Shown in pieces: positions 28,510 to 37,121 of a stretch of DNA of 46,484 nucleotides (position 1 is its first letter; the number at the start of each line of letters is the position of its first letter). The stretch covers positions 1 through 46,484 of the forward strand of contig JAABTM010000005.1 of assembly GCA_011389855.1 (NCBI GenBank), in the 5' to 3' direction. This stretch comes from Desulfobacteraceae bacterium (lineage in GTDB: Bacteria > Desulfobacterota > Desulfobacteria > Desulfobacterales > JAABSP01). The notes beneath the pieces are model-generated. The model did no database searches, was not told the DNA's origin, and saw only the letters and a list, made by a program, of their open reading frames with translations. The translations under genes and the position numbers were made by a program.

Positions 28510-29946
28510 GTGACGGATCAAAACGACACCCATCGCCACAGCGACTTGCTGTCTTCCTTAAACCATCGCTTGAAGCAGCTTCAAAGGGAGGCGTCCGCCC
28601 GAAATCACGCCCCGGCCGGGGGGGAATGCCCGGCGCCGGGCTCGGTGCTGCGCCTAACCGGCGGCCCGCGGGCGGAGAGCGAACCGATCCTGCTGTTGGT
28701 GGTGGAGAAGCTGTCCGAAGACCGTCTGCGCTGTTGTAAATTATCCTGGGAAACCTTGTTCGCGGGGCCCGACGATTTGCTGTTGGACCCGGATGAGTGG
28801 TCCGGCGGATACGCCGTGATGATCGAGGCCTGGAATTGTGTCGATATCCCGACATCGGGTCCACCGACGGGGCTGGACGCCGTGCCGCCCGAATGGGTGA
28901 GCCGTGCTCTTCGACTGCAACCCGGTTTCAATAAAAGCGGCGTGCGACCCGAACACTTCTCGGTCCATTGCGGACCGCCTTTGCGGGAGATCGATGAGCG
29001 GTGGGCGTTCCGGGAGCGTGAGCGTCGGGCCGCGTTTTCGGTTGGGACGGCGTCGGCGCCCCCCGTCCGGAGGCCGAATTCAAACGCCCCCAAAAAAGGC
29101 CGCATCGGAAAACGGTATCGCATCGACGACCGGGCGGGATTCGAGATGCCCTGTGAAATGGCGCTGCGAACCCCCGGGGCGCGGATGGTTCCGGTACATC
29201 GCCTCTCCCTGCCGACCGGCGAGTGGGATGTAATCGAATCGAAAAGCGCCGGGGGGCGCATCCACTGCGTCGTTCCGTCGGGAATCGCGACTCCGGAGTT
29301 GGTGGAACGAACGGAACTCGATCGGATTCGGTGGGTCGAAATCAATTGCAAGATATTTTCCGCCTTGTCGGAAGCGGATCCGGCGCGGCGGATCAGCGCC
29401 TTGAGGCGTGTTTTGTCGGAAACGGACCGAGACCCCTACGCGGCGCTTACGCTGGCCTGGGTCCTTATGTTCCAGGGAGACGCCCGTTCGGCCCTCGAGC
29501 TGGCCGGCGAGGCCGAAAACACGTTTCCCCTGCCGGAATTCAGGGATATCGCCCGAAAAGCTAAAAAAGTCATGGGAAAAGAAGATTTTCCGGACAATCT
29601 CCTAATCGAAGTGTGGCGGCGCCGCTGCTCCGAACATGATCCGGGACGCCGCATCAGGCGAATGAAAGCCCTTTTTCTGAAAACCGGCAGCGGGTATGCG
29701 GCTTACGAGACGGCCATGGAGTATCGCTACTGGGGTTCCCAGGCGGCCGGCAAACCCGATTACCGTCTCTATAACCAAGTCCGGGTCTGGTGTGAGCGGG
29801 CCCTCTCGGCGAACGTTCCCCTGGATGAGCGACTACGGAAATGGCCGGCGGAAATCGTGAGCAAGATCGCCTGGACGGCCGCCCAAACCGACCCCGCCGC
29901 GCCTGGTCGCCCCGATTATTACGCGCCGCTGGACCGGTCGGCATAG
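28510..29946 (+). CDS. Hypothetical protein with C-terminal TPR-like helices, co-transcribed with the sigma-like gene
   Basis: 478-aa ORF 7 nt after the upstream stop. Beta-rich N-terminal region; TPR-like AALTLAWVLMFQGDARSALELA. Confidence 0.7.
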   Translation: MTDQNDTHRHSDLLSSLNHRLKQLQREASARNHAPAGGECPAPGSVLRLTGGPRAESEPILLLVVEKLSEDRLRCCKLSWETLFAGPDDLLLDPDEWSGGYAVMIEAWNCVDIPTSGPPTGLDAVPPEWVSRALRLQPGFNKSGVRPEHFSVHCGPPLREIDERWAFRERERRAAFSVGTASAPPVRRPNSNAPKKGRIGKRYRIDDRAGFEMPCEMALRTPGARMVPVHRLSLPTGEWDVIESKSAGGRIHCVVPSGIATPELVERTELDRIRWVEINCKIFSALSEADPARRISALRRVLSETDRDPYAALTLAWVLMFQGDARSALELAGEAENTFPLPEFRDIARKAKKVMGKEDFPDNLLIEVWRRRCSEHDPGRRIRRMKALFLKTGSGYAAYETAMEYRYWGSQAAGKPDYRLYNQVRVWCERALSANVPLDERLRKWPAEIVSKIAWTAAQTDPAAPGRPDYYAPLDRSA

Positions 29947-30178
29947 CTCGGTCTGCGCGCCCCCGATCCCGACGGCCGCGCTCTACGGTTGATAATTGTT
30001 TGAAATATAATTTGAATCAGACGGTTATCCGTATCATGAGAGGCCCGTCGCGCAGCGTTCCAGTCCATCCGATTGACTTATTCCTTCCCTTTATTTATAG
30101 TCCGGCTGTCGCCCGACGGGGGTGTTTTAACCGCCGGGCTGTTCGAGAATCGGTCAATTGCACGCGGCTGGATAGGGC

Positions 30179-31600
30179 ATGAAGCATTTGGAATTTGAAA
30201 AAGGGCCATCGCCCCACAACGAGACCGAACTGGCGGAACTGCGCCGGCGCATCGGCGAGCTGGAAGCATCCGATGGGGAGTTTAAGCAGGCGGTCGACGA
30301 TCTCAGGGAGAGCGAAGGGCGGCTTCACCAGATCCTGGAATCGACGCCGGTTCCGACCCTGGTTATCGACGCCGATCACCAGGTCACCCACTGGAACCGG
30401 GCCTGCGAGAACCTGACCGGCATTCCATCGGATCGGATGGTCGGCGGACGCGACCCGTGGCGGGCGTTTTACACCGAGAAGCGGCCCATCCTTGCCGATA
30501 TCATCGTGGATGGCCGGGCCGATTCGGATATGGCCCGGTATTACGAGACCTATCATCGGTTGAATCTCATCGAAGACGCCTACGAGGCCGAGGGGTTCTA
30601 CCCGAATCTGGGCCCCGACGGCAAATGGCTCTATTTCACCGCGGCTCCCCTGATGGACGGCGAAGGCCGGCGCATCGGCGCCATCGAGACCGTCCACGAC
30701 ATCACCGATCGCAAACGGTCCGAGGAAAAGATCAACCGGCTCAATGCCGACCTGGCGAAATCGGTCGAGGAAATCAAGGCGTCCATGGCGCTGCTGCGGC
30801 GGACCCAGGGCCAGCTCGTGGAATCGGAAAAGATGGCGCTCCTGGGGCGGCTTGTGGGCGGCGTGGCCCACGAGGTCAACACGCCGGTGGGGGTGGCCGT
30901 GACGGCGGCCTCGCTGTTGGGAGAAAAAACCCAGGAATGCCGGGATCGGCTGGCCGGCAACCGGCTCAAGCGGTCCGACCTGCGGGAATACCTGGTTCTG
31001 GCGGATGAATCGACGGATATCGTCCTCGCCAATCTCCGGCGGGCCGCCGAATTCATCCAGTCCTTCAAGCAGGTGGCCGTGGACCAGGTGAGCGGCGAAA
31101 AGCGGTCTTTCCATCTGCGGGAATACATCCTCGACATGGTCGCCAGCCTGCGGCCCAAGCTGAAAAACACCGATCACACCGTGACGGTCCATTGCGACGA
31201 CGATCTCGCGTTGTACAGCTATCCCGGCGTTTTTTCCCAGATCATCTCCAATTTCATCGTCAATTCCCTTGTTCACGGATTCGAGGAGACGACCGCCGGG
31301 GAGATGGTCATCGAGGCCGAAAAGGAAGGCGACGAGCTGGTGTTCCGGTACAGCGACAACGGCAAGGGGATCGAACCTGACAAGATCGACCATATCTTCG
31401 AACCGTTTTTTACCACCCGGCGGGGGAGGGGCGGCGACGGTTTGGGGCTGCACATCGTTCACAATCTGACGGCCCAGCGGCTCGGGGGCTCGATTGTTTG
31501 CGACAGCGCGCCCGGCCGCGGCGCGACCTTTACGATACGAGTTCCCATGACCCCTCCGCCGATCGCGACGGCGCCGCATCAGGAACAGGATGATCCATGA
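30179..31600 (+). CDS. Cytoplasmic PAS sensor histidine kinase
   Basis: PAS (WNRACENLTG..DIT), H-box GVAHEVNTP, N box, DNGKG, FFTT, GLGL. Confidence 0.95.
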   Translation: MKHLEFEKGPSPHNETELAELRRRIGELEASDGEFKQAVDDLRESEGRLHQILESTPVPTLVIDADHQVTHWNRACENLTGIPSDRMVGGRDPWRAFYTEKRPILADIIVDGRADSDMARYYETYHRLNLIEDAYEAEGFYPNLGPDGKWLYFTAAPLMDGEGRRIGAIETVHDITDRKRSEEKINRLNADLAKSVEEIKASMALLRRTQGQLVESEKMALLGRLVGGVAHEVNTPVGVAVTAASLLGEKTQECRDRLAGNRLKRSDLREYLVLADESTDIVLANLRRAAEFIQSFKQVAVDQVSGEKRSFHLREYILDMVASLRPKLKNTDHTVTVHCDDDLALYSYPGVFSQIISNFIVNSLVHGFEETTAGEMVIEAEKEGDELVFRYSDNGKGIEPDKIDHIFEPFFTTRRGRGGDGLGLHIVHNLTAQRLGGSIVCDSAPGRGATFTIRVPMTPPPIATAPHQEQDDP

Positions 31601-33201
31601 AAAATCGAGACGACGCGAGTTTCGGGGACAACGACGAGATTCATTTCGCGGATGAAGCGGAGGCGGCCGACGCGTTTCCTCCCCGCGGACTGAAACCGTG
31701 GAAAATCGTCATTGTGGATGATGAACCCGACGTTCATACCATCACCCGGATGGCCATGGAGGGCGAAACCTTCGAGGGCCGCCCCATGGAATTTTTCAGC
31801 GCGTATTCGGCCCGGGATGCCCGGACCCTGCTCGGGGAACATCCGGACGCCGCCGTGGTTCTGCTGGATGTGGTCATGGAAGCCGGCGATTCGGGCCTTG
31901 TTCTGATCCGCTATATCCGTGAGATCCTGAGAAACCGTCTCATCCGAATTATCCTTCGAACCGGCCGGCCCGGAGAAGCGCCCCAGCGGCGGGTCATTGC
32001 CGAATACGACATCAACGACTACAAGGAAAAAAGCGAACTCACCGTCCAGAAGCTCTATTCCTCGATCATCACCGCCATCAGATCCTTCCGGGATTTGCGG
32101 ACCATCGACCGGAACCGGCGGGGGCTGGAGAGGATCATCCGTTCGTCGGCCCGGCTTTTCGAGGTGCAGTCCCTGAAGAGCTTCGCCCAGGGGGTGCTCA
32201 TCCAGTTGCTCTCCATTTTGAATCTGGACGAAAGTTCGCTCTACGTTCAGGCGTCCGGGTTCACGGCCGCCTGCGTCCAGGAGGAGGTCACCATTCTGGC
32301 GGGCACCGGGGAATACGAAGATTTTGTCAACCGACCGGTGGACGAAGTGGTGTCGCCCGAGGTGTCCGGCCTGCTGGAGACGGCCATGAGCGAAAAAATC
32401 TCCATCTTCGACGGCGGTTCCTTTGTCGGATACTTTCCCACCGACAGCGGGCCCATCAATCTTTTATATTTAAAGGGGTATCAGGATCTGTCGGACCTGG
32501 ACCGGGACCTCATCCGGATTTTTTCCACCAATGTGGCCATCGCCTTCGAGAACATCTATCTCAACCGGGAAATCATGGACACCCAGAAAGAGATTATCCT
32601 GACTTTGGGCGAAGTGGTGGAAAAGCGGTCCCGGGAGATGGCCAATCACGTCCGCCGGGTGGCGGAAACATCGTATTTGCTGGCCCTGAAATGCGGTCTG
32701 GACGAGGAGTCGGCGGAGATGCTGCGCCTGGCCTCCCCCATGCACGACGTGGGCAAGGTGGGCATCCCCGACGCCATTCTCATGAAGCCGGGGGCTCTGA
32801 CGCCGGAAGAATTTCAACAGATCATCCCTCACACCACCATCGGATTTCGCATCCTGCGCAAGTCCCGGCGGGATCTGATGGCGGCTGCGGCCATCGTGGC
32901 CCAGCAGCACCATGAGCGGTGGGACGGCACCGGTTATCCCCAGGGCCTCAAAGGCGAGGAAATCCATATTTTCGGCCGGATTACCGGCCTGGCGGATGTC
33001 TTCGACGCCCTCAGTCACCGCCGGATTTACAAGGAAGCCTGGGTCGAGGCCGACGTCATCGACTTGATCCGCCGCGAGCGGGGGCGTCATTTCGATCCCG
33101 GCCTGGTGGACCTGCTGCTGTCGCATATGGACGAGTTTATCGACATCAACGGGCGCTATCCGGACAGGCCCGAAGCAACCGATCCATCACCGGCCGGATA
33201 A
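31597..33201 (+). CDS. Response regulator REC + DUF3369-like + HD-GYP c-di-GMP phosphodiesterase
   Basis: IVDDE..LLDVVME..LRTG (REC); MHDVGK, HHERWDGTGYP, ADVFDAL; ATGA overlap with the kinase. Confidence 0.92.
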   Translation: MKNRDDASFGDNDEIHFADEAEAADAFPPRGLKPWKIVIVDDEPDVHTITRMAMEGETFEGRPMEFFSAYSARDARTLLGEHPDAAVVLLDVVMEAGDSGLVLIRYIREILRNRLIRIILRTGRPGEAPQRRVIAEYDINDYKEKSELTVQKLYSSIITAIRSFRDLRTIDRNRRGLERIIRSSARLFEVQSLKSFAQGVLIQLLSILNLDESSLYVQASGFTAACVQEEVTILAGTGEYEDFVNRPVDEVVSPEVSGLLETAMSEKISIFDGGSFVGYFPTDSGPINLLYLKGYQDLSDLDRDLIRIFSTNVAIAFENIYLNREIMDTQKEIILTLGEVVEKRSREMANHVRRVAETSYLLALKCGLDEESAEMLRLASPMHDVGKVGIPDAILMKPGALTPEEFQQIIPHTTIGFRILRKSRRDLMAAAAIVAQQHHERWDGTGYPQGLKGEEIHIFGRITGLADVFDALSHRRIYKEAWVEADVIDLIRRERGRHFDPGLVDLLLSHMDEFIDINGRYPDRPEATDPSPAG

Positions 33202-33240
33202 ACTTTGGCGGCCAGACCGGCCTCGATCATCTTTTCGGCC

Positions 33241-33316
33241 ATTTCGGGGCGAACACAAGGTTCGCCCCTACCGAAATCGTCGGGTTACGTCGCAAGGGCG
33301 ATCCTTGTGATCGCCC
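33241..33316. repeat. Inverted pair of GTAG-family REP palindromes (REPIN-like) between convergent genes
   Basis: Minus strand: GTAGGGGCGAACCTTGTGTTCGCCCC (33246-33271). Plus strand: degenerate GCAAGGGCGATCCTTGTGATCGCCC (33292-33316), followed by a T-rich tract. Confidence 0.75.
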
Positions 33317-33328
33317 TTCTTTTGGTCT

Positions 33329-34225
33329 TCACGGCAGCCAGGACGCCACCAGCTCCGGGTGCTCTTTCATGAACCGGAGGGCTTTTTCATAGGTGAACAG
33401 GCCGCCTTCTTCCTGGATGCGGATCATGAGCCGGGCCATGTCGTCGGGGGTCCAGTGGAAGGCGTCCAGAAAGGCGTAAACGGCCGGCATGTCCGCTTTC
33501 AACCCCTTCCGGACGATGGTGTTGATCCGTTCCTCGTCGCCGTAGATCTTCTCGGGGTCCTCCAGAAACCGGAGCTTCCACAGGGCGAACATCCAGTGGG
33601 GCCGCCAGCCGGTGACCACGACGGGCTTTTCGCGCCGGATGGCGTTGGAGAGTTCCGCCGCCATGGTGTGTTCGCTCCCCGCGGTCAATTCGTAGTTCTC
33701 CAGCCCGTAGGTTTCCATGGCCTCTTTTGTCCGCTGCATGATGCCGGCTTCCGGGTCGATGCCCACGATCCGGCCGTTGAACATCCCGGACTTGCCCTTC
33801 AGTTCCGAAATTGCGTTGATGGGGATATAATCCTCGCCGGACGAACCGACTTTTTCGGAGGCGGCCGGAACCACCAGCCCGATCCGGGCGCCCTGGAGGT
33901 TCGGCCCCAGATCGACGACCCGATCCTTGACCTTTTCATAGTAGTCGCCGTGGGTGGACGGCAGCCAGGCCGCCACCATGGCGTCGGCCGAGCCGTCGGC
34001 CACGGCCGCCCACATCTCGTCCGCCTTCATGGGGACGATGTCGCAATCCCGGCCCAGTTTTTCCTGGATCACCGCTTGCACCAGGTGGGTGGAGGCGATG
34101 GCGTCGGACCATTCCACGTATGCCAGCTTGACGGGTTTTTCCGCTGCCGCGCTCACGGGCGCGAGGGTCAGGGATAAGAAAAAGATCGCCGCCACTGTTG
34201 TCCATCCCATCCATCTTTTTTCCAC
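33329..34225 (-). CDS. Glycine betaine/proline ABC substrate-binding protein (ProX/OpuAC-like)
   Basis: Signal peptide; YVEWSD, AWLPSTH, IVGIDPEAG, TGWRPHWMF. GTG start at 34225 with AGGAG SD. Confidence 0.92.
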   Translation of the reverse strand: MEKRWMGWTTVAAIFFLSLTLAPVSAAAEKPVKLAYVEWSDAIASTHLVQAVIQEKLGRDCDIVPMKADEMWAAVADGSADAMVAAWLPSTHGDYYEKVKDRVVDLGPNLQGARIGLVVPAASEKVGSSGEDYIPINAISELKGKSGMFNGRIVGIDPEAGIMQRTKEAMETYGLENYELTAGSEHTMAAELSNAIRREKPVVVTGWRPHWMFALWKLRFLEDPEKIYGDEERINTIVRKGLKADMPAVYAFLDAFHWTPDDMARLMIRIQEEGGLFTYEKALRFMKEHPELVASWLP

Positions 34226-34263
34226 AGCAGGTCTCCTTTGCGTTGAATTAGAGTTTAGACTGA

Positions 34264-34292
34264 ATCGTATTGTACACAAACGAAACTGTCAA
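34264..34292 (-). promoter_or_regulatory. Sigma70-type promoter for the betaine-binding protein gene
   Basis: TTGACA-17 nt-TACGAT on the minus strand. Confidence 0.65.
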
Positions 34293-34421
34293 CCATTACC
34301 ATTCATGCCGGGCTTTCCATGGTCAACCGGCGCCGATTGTGGTATCGTTCCTTCGTCTCGGCTTGGCAAAGATAGTTGCGAAAGAGAGAACCCGTTGTTG
34401 TTTCGGAAAAAGGGAGGGATG

Positions 34422-37019
34422 ATGGAGACCCGGGAACAAGTGTCGGACAGGCTGCGCGAAAAGCGGGAAGCGCTGATTCAGGATTTCCTGGCGGGCGCGG
34501 TCCCCGACTTCCTGCCCAGACAGACCCGGTTGCTGGACGATTACCTCCGGGGGATCTGCCGGGTTCTGGACGACCGGCCGGCCTTATCGCCCCGGGACCC
34601 CTACGCCATCGTGGCCCTGGGCGGATACGGCCGGGGCGAGATGTGCGTCCATTCGGATGTGGACCTCCTGTTCCTGTTCGACTCCGCCATCCCGGAAAAC
34701 GCCGTGGATTTCATCCGCGCCGTGGTCTATCCCCTGTGGGACCTGGGTCTTTATGTGAGCCACAATGCCCGCATCCTGGCCGAGCCCGTGGAACTTCCCG
34801 ACGACGCCGTTTCCTCGTTGACCGCCCTTCTGGACGCCCGGTTCGTGGCCGGCGTCCCGTCGCTTTTCGCGGCTTTCAAGGAGAAATTCCGTACGGAACT
34901 GGTCGAACCCCGGTCCGAAACGCTCATCGACTGGCTCATCGGGACGAACCGGGACCGCCACGACCACTTCGGCGATTCCTCTTATCTGCTGGAGCCCAAT
35001 CTAAAGGAAGGGCAGGGCGGTCTGCGGGATTACCATACCCTGATGTGGGTGGCCCGGATTCAGCGGGATCTGAAGGAATCCCGCGACCTGGAGTTTTACG
35101 GCTGCCTTTCCCACGAAGAATACCGGGAACTGGACCGGGCCCTGGGGTTCATCTGGATGGTCCGGAACCATCTCCATTACCTGGCCGGAAAAAAGCACGA
35201 CCGGTTCGGGTTCGAATACCAGAAGCGGGTCGCCGATCTGTTGGGATATGTGGAAAAGGAGGGCCAGCAGCCGGTGGAGTGGTTTTTGGGCCGGCTCCAG
35301 GAAGAGATGAGCTTCCTGAAGGATCTCCACCTGATGTTCGTCTATGAACTGGAAATCCTCCGGCAGATACCGGAGACGGAGACGCCGCCGGCGGCGCCGG
35401 CCGAAGGATTGCAGATCCACCGGGGGATGCTCCGGTTCGATTCGCCCCAGGCGGTCCTGAACGCCCCGGACCTGCTCATGCGGATTTTCGAGGAGAGCGG
35501 CCGGATGAAGCTGCCCCTCGGGATCGAGGCCAAGCGACTGGTGAAAAACATGCGCCGGTATCTCACCGACAGCGTCCGGTCCTCCCCCGATGTGGTCGCT
35601 CTGTTCGAAAACATCCTTTCCGCTCCGCCCTTCCGGTTCACCCCCCTTAACGAGATGCTCTGGACCGGTCTCCTGACGCGCTTCATTCCCCAGTTGGAGG
35701 CCATCCGCCATCGCATCCAGTACGACCAGTACCACCTTCATCCGGTGGACAAGCACTCCCTCAAGGTGGTGCGCGCCCTCAAGATGTTCGGCGGGCCGTC
35801 GGACCCGTCCCGGGGCCGGCTGTGCGGCGAACTCTACGCAGCCATGCCCGACCGGCGGCCCCTGCTCTGGGCGGCGCTCCTCCACGACATCGGCAAGGGG
35901 GAGATCGGCGGCGATCACGCCAAGAAAGGCCCGCCCATCGCGGCGGAAATCCTCCGGGATTTGGGCTACGGCGAGGACTTGATCGAGACGGTTTCTTTCC
36001 TGATCCGGGAGCACCTGCTGCTGGCCAAAACCGCCACCCGGCGGGACATCCACGACGAAGAGACCGCCATTTTCTGCGCCCGGCGGGCCCAGGATCCGGA
36101 GCGGCTCAAGATGCTCTACCTCCTGACCGTGGCCGATTCCATCGCCACCGGCCCCAAGGCGTGGAACGACTGGTCCCTCTCCCTTATCCAGGGCCTCTAT
36201 TTTTATACGCTGCGGCTGCTGGAGCAGGGGGAACTGGCGTCCAAAGAGGCGGTGGAACGGGTGGAGGCCAAGAAGACGGCGCTTATCCGGCTGATGGCCG
36301 CGCCCGGGGAACGGGCCGCGGCCCAGGCCGCGATGCCGTTCATGTCCCCCCGCTATCTCCTCTACGCCGAGCCGTCGGACATGCTCGCACACATCAACCT
36401 CCACAAGCTCATGGGCGATGGGCTTTTCGCCTGGGAAATCGAAAAAAAGCCGGACCCCGCCACCCGGACCGTGACGGTATGCGCCAGGGACAAGCCGGGG
36501 CTTTTCTCCAAAATCTCCGGGGTGTTCACCATAAACGGCATCGACATCCTCAACGCCCAGATCTACACCTGGCGCAACAACGTCGCCCTGGACATCTTCC
36601 GGGTCACCCCGCCGCCGGACCCCATCTTCGAGGTTGACAAATGGGAAAAGGCCGAGGGCCACCTCCGGGACGCCATCGACGGCCGCCTCGATCTGGGCGC
36701 GGAGGTCAAAGAGCGAATCGGCGAACGCCGCCCGCCCCGGTCGCCCCTGCACCACCGGCCCACGAAGGTGGTGATCGACAACCGGAGTTCCAGTTATTTC
36801 ACCATCGTCGAGGTGTTTGCTTACGATTTTACGGGATTGCTGTTCCTCATCACCGAGGCGCTTTTCCGCCTGGAACTGGATGTATGGCTGGCCAAGATCG
36901 CCACCCAGGTGGATCAGGTGGTGGATGTCTTTTACGTGCGGGATTTCAACGGCCAGAAGGTGGATGACCCGGAAACGGAGGCGACCATCCGGCGGACCAT
37001 CATCGATGCCATCGGATAG
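34422..37019 (+). CDS. glnD: [Protein-PII] uridylyltransferase/uridylyl-removing enzyme
   Basis: ALGGYGR..HSDVDL NTase, EPNLKEG.GGLRD, HD domain (LLHDIGKG), two ACT domains (DKPGLF; DVFYV). Start at 34419 or 34422. Confidence 0.96.
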   Translation: METREQVSDRLREKREALIQDFLAGAVPDFLPRQTRLLDDYLRGICRVLDDRPALSPRDPYAIVALGGYGRGEMCVHSDVDLLFLFDSAIPENAVDFIRAVVYPLWDLGLYVSHNARILAEPVELPDDAVSSLTALLDARFVAGVPSLFAAFKEKFRTELVEPRSETLIDWLIGTNRDRHDHFGDSSYLLEPNLKEGQGGLRDYHTLMWVARIQRDLKESRDLEFYGCLSHEEYRELDRALGFIWMVRNHLHYLAGKKHDRFGFEYQKRVADLLGYVEKEGQQPVEWFLGRLQEEMSFLKDLHLMFVYELEILRQIPETETPPAAPAEGLQIHRGMLRFDSPQAVLNAPDLLMRIFEESGRMKLPLGIEAKRLVKNMRRYLTDSVRSSPDVVALFENILSAPPFRFTPLNEMLWTGLLTRFIPQLEAIRHRIQYDQYHLHPVDKHSLKVVRALKMFGGPSDPSRGRLCGELYAAMPDRRPLLWAALLHDIGKGEIGGDHAKKGPPIAAEILRDLGYGEDLIETVSFLIREHLLLAKTATRRDIHDEETAIFCARRAQDPERLKMLYLLTVADSIATGPKAWNDWSLSLIQGLYFYTLRLLEQGELASKEAVERVEAKKTALIRLMAAPGERAAAQAAMPFMSPRYLLYAEPSDMLAHINLHKLMGDGLFAWEIEKKPDPATRTVTVCARDKPGLFSKISGVFTINGIDILNAQIYTWRNNVALDIFRVTPPPDPIFEVDKWEKAEGHLRDAIDGRLDLGAEVKERIGERRPPRSPLHHRPTKVVIDNRSSSYFTIVEVFAYDFTGLLFLITEALFRLELDVWLAKIATQVDQVVDVFYVRDFNGQKVDDPETEATIRRTIIDAIG

Positions 37020-37049
37020 CCGTCGGGCGCCGCCGCTAAAGATTCGAGA

Positions 37050-37078
37050 TTGACACCCGTGTCCGATTTGAGTAGGAT
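37050..37078 (+). promoter_or_regulatory. Sigma70-type promoter for the hybrid kinase-V4R pair
   Basis: TTGACA (37050-37055)-17 nt-TAGGAT (37073-37078); AGGAGG SD downstream. Confidence 0.65.
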
Positions 37079-37121
37079 TTCTTGACGTTTCAATAAAGTA
37101 AGGAGGTATGGGACATAAATA

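Noticed and set aside
29947-30178. Possible c-di-GMP riboswitch upstream of the kinase/HD-GYP pair
   Set aside because: Only weak long-range pairing. I could not find the GEMM consensus elements.
33954-34418. N-terminal extension of glnD (1021-aa ORF)
   Set aside because: Overlaps the opposite-strand SBP gene. The SD and GlnD-like sequence begin at 34419-34422.
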